Shown here piece after piece: positions 19,379 to 29,100 of a stretch of DNA of 32,000 bases (positions are counted from its first letter, which is position 1; every line of letters starts with the position of its first letter). The position numbers and the translations under genes were made by a program. The notes under the pieces are model-generated. The model made no database searches, had not been told where the DNA came from, and saw only the letters and a program-made list of their open reading frames with translations. The DNA is taken from contig NZ_LT934425.1 of assembly GCF_900232105.1 (NCBI RefSeq), positions 510,001 through 542,000 on the forward strand, given 5' to 3'. The stretch comes from Candidatus Kuenenia stuttgartensis (GTDB lineage: Bacteria > Planctomycetota > Brocadiia > Brocadiales > Brocadiaceae).

Positions 19379-19634
19379 CATGTAGCCCCGTCAGGGGCGG
19401 TCTGTTTGTAGCGCAATAAAATTCAATAAGGTAAATAGCTCCGTAGGAGCGGCCTGTCCGTATTCAGGCAGACCTGTTTAATATGGATTTACAAGAGACA
19501 GGTCGCTCCTAATTGCAGAGACAGGTTTCAAAACCTGTCTCTACGATCTTTTATAATATTCTATTTTGCTACAAACAGGCTGCTCCTACGGAGCTTATAT
19601 GTAATACATTTTTCAAAAAACTAAAGTGCTACAA
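19379..19634. repeat. dispersed intergenic repeat (copy A)
   Basis: catgtagccccg...tctgtttgtagcgcaataaaattc...ggtaaatagctccgtaggagcggcctgt...acaggctgctcctacggagcttata...ttttcaaaaaactaaagtgctacaa; matches copy B at 31837-31995. Confidence 0.85.
19518..19543. repeat. hairpin agagacaggttt-ca-aaacctgtctct within repeat copy A
   Basis: Perfect 12-bp arms with a 2-nt gap. Confidence 0.8.
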
Positions 19635-19817
19635 ATTTCATAATATTTTGGTTTTTTGAAAAATTCCAATAATAGCAGTGTTTGCCGCATAGTGTGTAGA
19701 GATGAAGCATTTGCATGTTTGAGCATAAACGCATGTATGCACGTTCTCGCAAATGCTTCGCCCCTACGGTTTCATAGAACTAAAGTATTGTAACACTTTC
19801 GTTCTATGAAAAAAAAC

Positions 19818-20024
19818 GCTCGTTCCCAAGCTCCGGCTTGGAAACGGGATTGTTTTGAGAAGCTCCAGCTTCGAATGGAAAAGATAATGGGCCCATGTCA
19901 GCTTGTACTTTTCAGTATGTTATCAAGATATTTGGAGTCCTATTTTGAGCCGAATAATTCTTGCTAAATGGAAGCGAGAGCTTCCAATACCATTGCGTTC
20001 CCAAGCCGGAGCTTGGGAACGAGC
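19818..20024. repeat. 24-bp inverted repeat pair (gctcgttcccaagctccggcttgg)
   Basis: Perfect inverted match between 19818-19841 and 20001-20024; the second arm itself lies in an 11-bp-stem hairpin (19996-20021). Confidence 0.85.
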
Positions 20025-20172
20025 ATTTTTGTTTACGTTTTTTTTCATTGGGATTTTGTATTTTGGAATTTGTTTCGTATTTCGTGCTTCGTGCTTTGTA
20101 TTTTGTATTTTTTATCTCGTGCTTGTTTGGTTTTGGCTATGCCAGTCTGGGTTTTATAAAGGATGTTTTATT

Positions 20173-20379
20173 ATGATTACCGACACTGAAATACGGATAA
20201 AGGGAATAAAGGCACTTACAGAATCTCTTGGTGATGTTGAAGCGGATCGTTTTATTTCTCTTATTCAAAGAAAACTATTTGATTATACAAAATGGCGTCA
20301 AGGCATGGATGAAGAATCATCAATAGAGGAAATCAGCAAAAGGGCAATGGCTGTTAGTAATAAAAATACCAGGCAATAG
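20173..20379 (+). CDS. small hypothetical protein (68 aa), antitoxin-like
   Basis: MITDTEIRIKGIKALTESLGDVEADRFISLIQRKLFDYTKWRQ resembles small TA-associated proteins (M..IR.KG...L...LG...A.RF......DYT). Upstream in-frame codons are repeat sequence. Confidence 0.55.
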   Translation: MITDTEIRIKGIKALTESLGDVEADRFISLIQRKLFDYTKWRQGMDEESSIEEISKRAMAVSNKNTRQ

Positions 20380-20443
20380 AACCTATTTGTTACAAATAAA
20401 CGTAATTTTTTAGAACGGCTTTTGTTTTAGCAGGCAATTATTT

Positions 20444-21097
20444 ATGAATCTTTTAAAACGAACAATTCCACTTATCATTGCCTTTGTTATGGGCGTACTT
20501 ATGGCAATACAATATTACGTCCCCCACAAACTCTCGCAAAATCTGCTTGAAGTTGTAACACGATGGGACAGGATTATCGCCGGTTTTGCCGTGTTTATTG
20601 GCGCATACAGCTTATTCCATCTGCATTGGGCAAGGATCAGGAGAAAAGTCGAAGGGTGGGGATACAGTGTCTTTGTCTTTTTTGGGGCAGCAATTACTAT
20701 TACATTCGGACTCCTGAATGGAGGAAAATTTTTCTGGCATAATAAACAGGATGGGACGATGCTGGATTGGATATACTATTATGTGCAGGTGCCTGCCGGG
20801 GCGACAATTTTTTCCATTCTGGCATTTTTTATTGCTTCTGCTGCATACAGAACCTTTCGTGCGCGTACAAGAGAGTCTGCTGTGCTGCTCATTGCAGCAA
20901 TTGTTGTTATGCTGGGGCGTGTTCCCATCGGAAATTATATTTCTCATTACATACCGGCAGTCGCCGATTGGATCATGGCAGTTCCAAACCTTGCCGCAAA
21001 AAGAGGTATTCTGCTGGGGGTAAGCTTTGGGGCTATTGCTACTTCAATAAAGATAATTTTTGGCATCGAGCGGTCTTATCTTGGCGGAGGGGATTAG
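20444..21097 (+). CDS. conserved-looking multi-pass membrane protein, unknown function
   Basis: Several predicted TMs; the stop overlaps the GTG start of the next gene. Confidence 0.7.
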   Translation: MNLLKRTIPLIIAFVMGVLMAIQYYVPHKLSQNLLEVVTRWDRIIAGFAVFIGAYSLFHLHWARIRRKVEGWGYSVFVFFGAAITITFGLLNGGKFFWHNKQDGTMLDWIYYYVQVPAGATIFSILAFFIASAAYRTFRARTRESAVLLIAAIVVMLGRVPIGNYISHYIPAVADWIMAVPNLAAKRGILLGVSFGAIATSIKIIFGIERSYLGGGD

Positions 21098-21912
21098 TGG
21101 AAAGATTATTGCATATCGACCGCCGTATCATTTTTGCAATTATTACGGTTGCAGTCATTGTCTCTCTTATTTTACGATTTGAACTGCCAATACCCGCCTC
21201 AATACCGGTTCAGGGAGTATACAACAAGGTGGAATCCCTTCCTGAAGGGTCGCATGTTCTTATATCATTTGATTATGACCCTTCTTCAAAGGAAGAACTG
21301 CAACCAATGGCAATTGCCTTTCTCCATCACTGTTTTCAAAGGAATTTAAAGGTTATAGGGATGACACATTATCCTGGGTCTCCGGGTCTGGCAGAGCGGG
21401 CAATTGTATCCGTAGCGGAGCAGTATCAGAAAGTAAACGGTAAAGATTATGTATTTCTCGGCTTTAAACCCGGTTCTGCATCACTTATTATAAATATGGG
21501 AGAGAATTTATATTCCGCCTTTCCAAAGGACTATTATGGGAATGATACTTCTACTTTACCGATATTGCAGGAAGTTGAGTCGTTGAGGGATATTGAATTA
21601 TTGTTTGACCTTGCTGCCGGCACAACAATAGAACTTTGGATTGTTTACGGAAAGGAAAAATATAAATTTGAACTCGGCGCCGGCTGTACGGCCGTAATGG
21701 GACCTGATATGTATCCTTTTCTCCAGTCAAAGCAGTTGGTAGGATTGCTCGGGGGGTTAAAAGGTGCGGCAGAATATGAAGCGTTGGTAGGAAAAGAGGC
21801 AAACGCGGTGAGCGGAATGAGGCCGCAAAGTGTTGTGCACGTAATAATCATTTTATTTGTCATATTTGGAAATGTTATTTATTTTGCCTCCGGAAAGGCA
21901 CGGCATGCGTAA
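21097..21912 (+). CDS. membrane-anchored hypothetical protein (N- and C-terminal TM, central soluble domain)
   Basis: GTG start at 21097 overlapping the previous TAG. MERLLHIDRRIIFAIITVAVIVSLIL...VVHVIIILFVIFGNVIYF. The longer ORF from 20767 overlaps the upstream gene and is unlikely. Confidence 0.7.
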   Translation: MERLLHIDRRIIFAIITVAVIVSLILRFELPIPASIPVQGVYNKVESLPEGSHVLISFDYDPSSKEELQPMAIAFLHHCFQRNLKVIGMTHYPGSPGLAERAIVSVAEQYQKVNGKDYVFLGFKPGSASLIINMGENLYSAFPKDYYGNDTSTLPILQEVESLRDIELLFDLAAGTTIELWIVYGKEKYKFELGAGCTAVMGPDMYPFLQSKQLVGLLGGLKGAAEYEALVGKEANAVSGMRPQSVVHVIIILFVIFGNVIYFASGKARHA

Positions 21913-22654
21913 AGATTCTAATTATTATATCCTTGTAGGCTCTATTATCCTGTTTATCATTGTAAATATTGTATTAATGACATCGGGAAAGCTGCCTTTC
22001 TCTTCAGATGGATTTGGTATTATTTTAGGGGCGGGGATAACCCTGGCAATATACAGCTTCCTTTATCGGGACAATCCTGCGTTTAAGATTACCGAAAATC
22101 TTTATGTTGGCGTCTCATTGGGTTATACCATAATCATAACGTGGTATAATTTTTTAAAACCCGATTTATATGACCCGCTTATTGTGCCGTTGTTTTCTGC
22201 CGCAGCGGAAAAGGCTCCGCAGTATTCATTAATCATTCCATCTATGCTGGGAGTCTTTATGCTCCTGAGATTTTCAAGGCGATTATCATGGTTAAGCCGT
22301 TGGACATTTGCATTTGTGGTTGGACTCGGTGCGGGCGTAAGTATCCCAAGGGTGATTTCCGCCTTCATCCTTGAACAAATAAAACCTTCCCTACACCCGG
22401 TATTTTCCGGAGGAGAAACCGTATTCTCCAGCATTAACACATTACTCATCCTGCTTGGGGTTATTTCTGTTCTTATTTATTTTATCTTTTCAGTAGAACA
22501 TAAGGGTTCGATTGGGACAATCTCCAAAATAGGGATATGGTTTCTTATGATTTCTTTCGGCGCATCTTTTGGATACACTGTTATGGGGAGGTTATCGCTG
22601 CTTATCGGAAGGATTCAATTTTTACTAAAAGACTGGCTTGGCGTTTTGCAGTAA
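21905..22654 (+). CDS. multi-pass membrane protein, unknown function
   Basis: ATG at 21905 overlaps the end of the preceding gene; about 7-8 hydrophobic segments. Confidence 0.7.
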   Translation: MRKDSNYYILVGSIILFIIVNIVLMTSGKLPFSSDGFGIILGAGITLAIYSFLYRDNPAFKITENLYVGVSLGYTIIITWYNFLKPDLYDPLIVPLFSAAAEKAPQYSLIIPSMLGVFMLLRFSRRLSWLSRWTFAFVVGLGAGVSIPRVISAFILEQIKPSLHPVFSGGETVFSSINTLLILLGVISVLIYFIFSVEHKGSIGTISKIGIWFLMISFGASFGYTVMGRLSLLIGRIQFLLKDWLGVLQ

Positions 22655-22724
22655 AAAATATGCGGCACTGGCGCGTAACAATGCCCCGTACTTGTAGTAG
22701 CGCATTTTATAACAGGGGAAAACT

Positions 22725-23450
22725 ATGGGGTTCAAATCATTGCTGGGTATCAAGAAACACCAGTGGAAAAAAACAGTTAATAAATATATTGTTAAAACAA
22801 AAACAGCGTTTCCCCGGTATCCCTGGGATGACTTTTACCGGATAACGGAATATTTCTAGGGACTGGGACTGTCTTCACTGCCCGAACGCACCTTCTTGTT
22901 TCGTCTGTGGCACTATCTCCAGGCAAATGCAAAAATTGTTGAGATTGGCAGTTGGATTGGTGAGTCGTCCTGTCTCCTGGCGTCGGGGCTAAAAGGTGAG
23001 GATGCAAAATTATATGCCATTGACAACTTCAAAGGGCAGGCAAGCGACCCTGCAGCCAGAATGAGGTATCAAGAGAGAATGTCCCGGTTGAAAATAAACA
23101 ACACGAAGGAAATATTTGACAAAAATATTGCCCATTTTAAGCTATTATCGAAGGTCGAATCGATTGCTGCCGATTCTCTGGAGGCTGTAAAGTCGTTTCG
23201 GGAACCACTCCATTCAATAGACCTTTTGTTTATTGACGGCGACCATTCGGAAGATGCAACAAGAAAAGACATTACGACGTGGATGCCGTTTCTGAAACAT
23301 GGAGGAACTGTTGTTTTTCATGATTTTTCTTCTAACCACGGCGTTCCGCAGGCCATCTGGTGGGCGATACAACAATCATATTTTTCCGGACTCGTGGGCA
23401 TCTACGGGACGATGATCGCCTTTAGATCCAGCGAAAGCCTTGAGAAATGA
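22725..23450 (+). pseudogene. class I SAM-dependent methyltransferase interrupted by an in-frame TAG at 22857-22859
   Basis: Reading from ATG 22725: MGFKSLLGIKKHQWKKTVNKYIVKTKTAFPRYPWDDFYRITEYF-*-GLGLSSLPERTFLFRLWHYLQANAKIVEIGSWIGESSCLLASGL...LLFIDGDHSEDATRKDI. A GGGG(A) RBS precedes the ATG. The ORF track reports only 22896-23450 (TTG start). Confidence 0.7.
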
Positions 23451-23812
23451 GTCTGAGAACCAGCCCTCTCGTGAGGCAAAAGCTTCGGGACTGATAAGAA
23501 GAGATTGAAACGATGGATTTCACAGGTGCTTGCTTTTGTTGAGTATACTGCATCGAGCTTGAGTTGTTTAAGTTTTGTGAACGGAAAAAAATTATACTAC
23601 TTAGCGGCAATTCTTTTTAATCCCTACCTCAAACCATTTGGGCTAATTTTGGAGACACCATACTTAATTCTGCAGATTCTCTCGTTCCCATGCTCCAGAT
23701 TGGGAATGTGCCTGTGCCATGTGGTAAATGCATGGACACATCCCTTATTTTCTCACCAAATCAAGCAAGTAATATGGGGTGTGTCCCTAATTCTCTCTAA
23801 TTCTCTGAGGCA

Positions 23813-25168
23813 ATGTTGGATTTCCATTTTGACGGACCGTTCCCTTTGTTAAATGATACAATTAAAACTACTATACAAATATGTTTTGTTTATACATTAT
23901 TTGTAATAGTATATTTCGGTTGCAATAAAGCATATGCAATGGAACATAGACCTAATATTCTGCTTTTTACCATTGACGCCTGCCGGCCTGATCATCTTGG
24001 ATGTTACGGATATTCTAAAAACCTGACTCCGAATATTGATTCCCTTGCAAAAGAAGGGGCGCTGTTTATCAATGCATTTAGCCAGTCGGCATGGACTACG
24101 CCCGGGATGATTTCGATATTCACTTCCTTATATCCGTTTACCCATAAGGTGGAAGCCCGGGGAGATTCGCTGGATACAAAGGTAGTGACATTGCCTGAAA
24201 TTCTCAGGGAAAACGGATATGCCGTGCCCGTGCTGCCAAGGTTTGTTGATATCCCCAATTACCGGAACCTGGGTTTTGATGCGGTGGAAAAAGGGCAATT
24301 CGAGGGAAAAGAAGTCGGGGATTTGTTGAAATTATTACATGCCTACAAAGATCAACCGTTTTTTATATGGTATCATTATCACGGACTGCATTTGCCCTAT
24401 AATCCCCCGGATTCTTATCGCAAGGAAATTGCTGAAGCTAATGGTATGAAACCTGAGCACGAATCCGAAGGGGTTTCACTGATAAAAACGAAGTCGGTTA
24501 TCAAGCATGATGCCGTTGTTTTTACCGATGAGGAGAAAAGCCTTGCGGTTGCTTTGTATGATAGCCAGTTACCGCCATTGGACGATTCTATAGGGATACT
24601 GGCCGCGAAACTGAAGGAATGGGAATTGTACGAAAATACAATAATTATCATCACTTCCGACCATGGGGAAGAGTTGTTTGAACATGGGTTTGTTGGCCAT
24701 GCATCGACTTCGTTAAACGCAAAGCTGTACGATGAAATAATACGAATACCGCTCATCATTTTGTGGCCGAAAAAAATAACATACAAACGCATCGGCGCAA
24801 ACGTGCAACAGATTGATATTATGCCCACAATTCTTGATATGCTTGGTATTGCAAGCACAAATGCATCAGAGGGACGTTCACTGTTGCCGTTAATGGAAAA
24901 GGATCAAGGCGGGGAATCATCGATAGTCTATTGTGAAACCATTATGGGCGGATATCAAAGCACCGAAGTATTGCGAAATATCAGATTGCGCTGCATAAGG
25001 ACGGAGAGATGGAAGTTGATTGCCAAAAATGGCAATAATGTGGATACATATGAGCTGTATGACCTGAAAAACGACCCTGGAGAAAAAAATAACGTTGCCA
25101 AAAAATACCCGGATATTGCACTTGATTTGAAAGAAAAACTCTTTTCAAAAACCGGCAATAACAAATAG
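23813..25168 (+). CDS. sulfatase-fold (alkaline phosphatase superfamily) hydrolase, exported
   Basis: RPNILLFTIDACRPDHLGCYGY, IIITSDHGEELFEHGFVGHASTSLNAKLYDEIIRIPLII; N-terminal hydrophobic segment. Confidence 0.85.
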   Translation: MLDFHFDGPFPLLNDTIKTTIQICFVYTLFVIVYFGCNKAYAMEHRPNILLFTIDACRPDHLGCYGYSKNLTPNIDSLAKEGALFINAFSQSAWTTPGMISIFTSLYPFTHKVEARGDSLDTKVVTLPEILRENGYAVPVLPRFVDIPNYRNLGFDAVEKGQFEGKEVGDLLKLLHAYKDQPFFIWYHYHGLHLPYNPPDSYRKEIAEANGMKPEHESEGVSLIKTKSVIKHDAVVFTDEEKSLAVALYDSQLPPLDDSIGILAAKLKEWELYENTIIIITSDHGEELFEHGFVGHASTSLNAKLYDEIIRIPLIILWPKKITYKRIGANVQQIDIMPTILDMLGIASTNASEGRSLLPLMEKDQGGESSIVYCETIMGGYQSTEVLRNIRLRCIRTERWKLIAKNGNNVDTYELYDLKNDPGEKNNVAKKYPDIALDLKEKLFSKTGNNK

Positions 25169-25388
25169 TAACGGCGATGCATTTGTATGTTTTGGCGTGA
25201 ACGCATGTATAGTCAAAGAAATCCGATTTGGGAAATTCCTGGTAACCCGGCCGCTTAAAACACACCCCGCCTGCCTGTGCGTTACACGCAGATAGGTCAG
25301 CTACGCTGCCATCCCTCTTTTTAGAGGGAAAAATGAGAAGTCCCATCTATCAAGAGGGGATTTAGAGGTGTGTTTATTATTATAAAAC

Positions 25389-25470
25389 CAGTCATCATGT
25401 TTCATTTGCAACACCCAGAAACGATGAAAATGGTTTTATAACCATATCGTGTTGTAGTATCTGTACTTAA
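25389..25470 (+). repeat. 82-nt direct repeat, copy 1
   Basis: cagtcatcatgtttcatttgcaacacccagaaacgatgaaaatggttttata...; about 91% identical to 26033-26114. Confidence 0.9.
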
Positions 25471-25680
25471 GTACCTGCCCATAAATAACTCCTACAAGTT
25501 TTGATTGCAAAGTAATTTGCCGTGCGCTATTTTCCAGTGCATTCGGATAAGAAGAATCCACAGTTATATGATTTATTTATGGACAATTCCTAAGCTATTT
25601 TTTGTAGTCTTACTTTCGAGTTGGAAACATCTGGCATTTCTGTTTCTGTACCGGTTCAAATGTATAGGGCCATCCAAAAG

Positions 25681-25943
25681 GTATCAGCTTGTCATTGCTA
25701 GGGTATCGGCTTGTCATTGCGAGGGTCTCCACTTGTCATTGCGAGGGTCTTTTCCGAAGCAATCAGTATACTACGAGATATTTCGTGACGTAAGAAACGC
25801 CATATCACGGGAGAAGCAAATTAAGGGTGGCTCAAGGGCTAAAAAAATAGCATTAATTAATGGAATGAATGCAGGATGGAAGGATCTCTATGACGGTCTA
25901 TGAGATTGCTTCGGAAAAAGCCCTCGCAATGACAAGCTGATAC
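25681..25943. mobile_element. MITE-like element with imperfect terminal inverted repeats
   Basis: gtatcagcttgtcattgctaggg (25681-25703) pairs 22/23 with ccctcgcaatgacaagctgatac (25921-25943). The inner pair 25742-25764 / 25904-25926 matches 21/23. (c)ttgtcattgcgaggg motif repeated. Confidence 0.8.
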
Positions 25944-26032
25944 CCTTGTAATGACAAGCATGTGGTTTTGGTATGATGGATAGAGCCTCGGATTTCTAAT
26001 CCGCTTCCGCTTGTAATGACAAAATAAGTCAT

Positions 26033-26114
26033 CAGTCATCATGTTTCATTTGCAACACCCAGAAACGATGAAAATGGTTTTATAGCCATATCATATTGCG
26101 GTACCTGTGCTTAA
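26033..26114 (+). repeat. 82-nt direct repeat, copy 2
   Basis: First ~52 nt identical to copy 1. Confidence 0.9.
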
Positions 26115-26186
26115 ACTATCTTTTGTAGTCTTATTTTCGAGCCAAACGCCTTTGATTATACAAAAAAGAAAATAATTATTGCAGGC

Positions 26187-29100
26187 ATGAAAAAACATCA
26201 TATCAGGTACGACGGGAGGAAACTCCAGCCACCACGAATAAAGCATTCCTTACGGTTATTAGCAGTGTATTGCGGTTTCTTTCTGCTTATTTTAGCCCTT
26301 AATGGCGTTGCCTCTGTACAAACCAACTGGGCAGATAATTATCATCGCCCTGAAAATATTTTTGAAAAAGGGTGTAACGAGACACCTGCGCTGTTTACCG
26401 GGATAAATAAGTACCTATTGGCTAACAATGCACCTCACGATTTAGTCGCTATGCAATGGTTCTTAGACGGCAACGTCATGGCAAAACAGGCGGACATATT
26501 TACCGTTGAAGCGGCGAGTTTTGCAGAAGTGGAAGATGCAAAACAACATACCATGCGTGTTTCACGCATGGTACCCTTTCCTGTGTGGTTAGAACAGCGG
26601 GATCATATCTACGTTATTTGCGCAGGGTACTCCACCAGACAGGATGATTTATTGCCCTATGTGGAGTCGATTAAAAAAAACGGCTACCCAAAGGCGTCTT
26701 TGGGCATTGTCTCCTTAAAGGACAGAAAGGTTATTCTGGAGGCATCTCCTTCGCTTGAAATAAAGAGGAAGGGTGATGAACAATCTTTGGAGATTATGAG
26801 GAAGAAGCAGGTTGGTACGGGAAGGGTGGATCTTTCTGATGTGGAAGAGAAATTGCTCGAAAGCGATGAAGCATCTGAGGAATTCTTTCAGACGTACGAA
26901 GGAGACTATTATATTGGCAAGGCATGGAGAAGTTACCACGCGGGCAATTTTGACATGGCAATTGAATTTTTCCAATTTGCCGCTTCATTTACTGAAACCG
27001 CCAACGAAGCATATCTTGGCACTGCATATTGCTATATCGAACAGGACAGGAAAGACGAGGCGCTCTCTATTTTTGATAAATTAGTGGCAGAAAGATTTAA
27101 GTTAAAAGAGATTGCAGGCGTTCTGGCAAAAATAGAATATTTTGACAAAGCCCTCGAAGTGTGCAATAAGGTGCTGTACACCGACCCGTTTAATGCTGAT
27201 TTCCTGATGTTGAAACTAAATATTCTTCTGCAAAGAAAGAATTATGACGAGATGAGGACCATTCTGGCTGGAGTGCCAAATGATAAAAATACCCTCGAAT
27301 TATTATTGCTCGGTGCAGATATAGAGGCGTGGTCGAAAAACTATGAGAAGGCAATAGAAAAATATCAGCAATTAACAGAACAGTTTCCGGAAGAAGGCAA
27401 GGCCTGGCTGGGATACCTGAAGACGGTAACATGGTCAAAAAACTGGTTATTATTGTCGGACATTTTACCGCAAGGTATCGAAAAGATTGAAATGACGGAT
27501 GATGACCGCCCCTTTTTTGTGGATGCCTTTCTTGCATTGGGGAATATTGAAAAAGCGCTGGCGGTGTGGGATGAAATGGATGCAAATGCAAAGGACTGGA
27601 GCAAGTCTTTGTCAGCAATAGTTGATAAATATATGTCATTGGGGAAACTGGAGGAAGCGACACATTTACTGGAAAAAGTATTGGCGACCAGGAAGAAAGA
27701 TATTCACCTGGCGGAACAGTTGGCGTTAAACTATTTTTACTCGGAAATGCCGGAAAAGGGGTTTGAAGTAATCGGACAGTTTCAAACCGATCCGGAGGCG
27801 CAACTAAATATTGAACTCACAAGGGCGGAAATCTTCGCCCTGTTAAAAAATTATGAAGCGTCTTTGTCCATCCTGCAAACAATTGACGTATCAAAAGAAG
27901 AAGGAAATCGGGCAGAAACGGTGGAATTAGAGAGTTATTACGGATTGGAAAAAGATGAACAGCTTTTGGAAAAAGCGGCGCTCTATTTAGAAAAACCGCC
28001 GGAAGAGGACATAATTGACAGGGCAAAAATACTGACCCTTTCTATTCTCTCCCGGATAAGAATCGGGCAGTACAAAGATGCGGAAAAAGAGATTGAACTA
28101 TTATCCACTATGCTGCCGGAAGATTACGGCGCGGCGATTCTCAGGGTCTTGCTCAAAAATGCAAGTAAACAGTTAACTGATCGCGATGAATCGATACTGG
28201 CACTGGGCAAACAACTATCAGAGTATTCAAAAGACGTCGCTATGGTACGACCACAGCTCCTCGGTGATGAAACGCTGTATGACCAGACAAAGATTTTGTC
28301 AATGCATATTCTTGAAGCATGGAGAATCGCCGGTGAATTGTCAAACTATAAAAACAAAGACGTCCTGCAGCAATTGGCAAGGGCGGAATATAAAGCGGGC
28401 AATTACCAGCAATCTTTCGACATTTATACAGGACTCTATGAAGAAGAGAACAATGAGCGGTATAAAATGGGGATGGTGGAATGTATGCTGGACTATGGCA
28501 ATATAAAAAAGGCAACCGAATTATTTGATGAAATTCAAATGCTGCGTTTGCCGCCGAAAGACGTCCCCCGTTATTTCGAGAGTATGATTCGATTGCAAAA
28601 GGATGAAGTATTATTTTTTAATACAAAGCTGTCGCAGCTCCCTGAAGATAGCGCCGCTACGGTCACAATGAAAACATTGGTTATTATTGAGCGATTAATG
28701 AATGGCGATGAAGTTTTTGCTGATAATGAAATAAAGCGCTATCTTACAGAACGTCAGGAGGAGGTTTCCATCTTCCGCCTGACTTTGTCAAGAATGGGAT
28801 ATTTTGAAAAAGGGTTAATGGGGAAGTGTTATGCATTTGTAAAGAATCAGTACCTTAAAGCAATAGAACAGTATCCTGAGGATACGGGCATTCGCTATGA
28901 ATATGCAAAACATCTTGCTTCGCATCGTGAATACGCACCGGCAATAGAACAGCATTTGGCGCTGTATGAGCTTGACCCAAACGATTACCGGACGGTGAAA
29001 TGGCTGGCGCGATTGTATAGCTGGACGAAGCAGTTTGTAGAAGGATTGCAGTGGTATGAAAAATATGGAGAAATACGTCAGGGAGACCTTGCGGTGCGTC

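Noticed and set aside
19903-20172. N-terminal part of the 158-aa ORF
   Set aside because: The encoded peptide (FYLVLVWFWLCQ) is translated dispersed repeat, also seen at the amidase N-terminus; the real gene starts at 20173.
20767-21096. N-terminal extension of the 20767-21912 ORF
   Set aside because: It overlaps the upstream membrane gene in another frame. The GTG at 21097, overlapping the previous stop, is a much better start.
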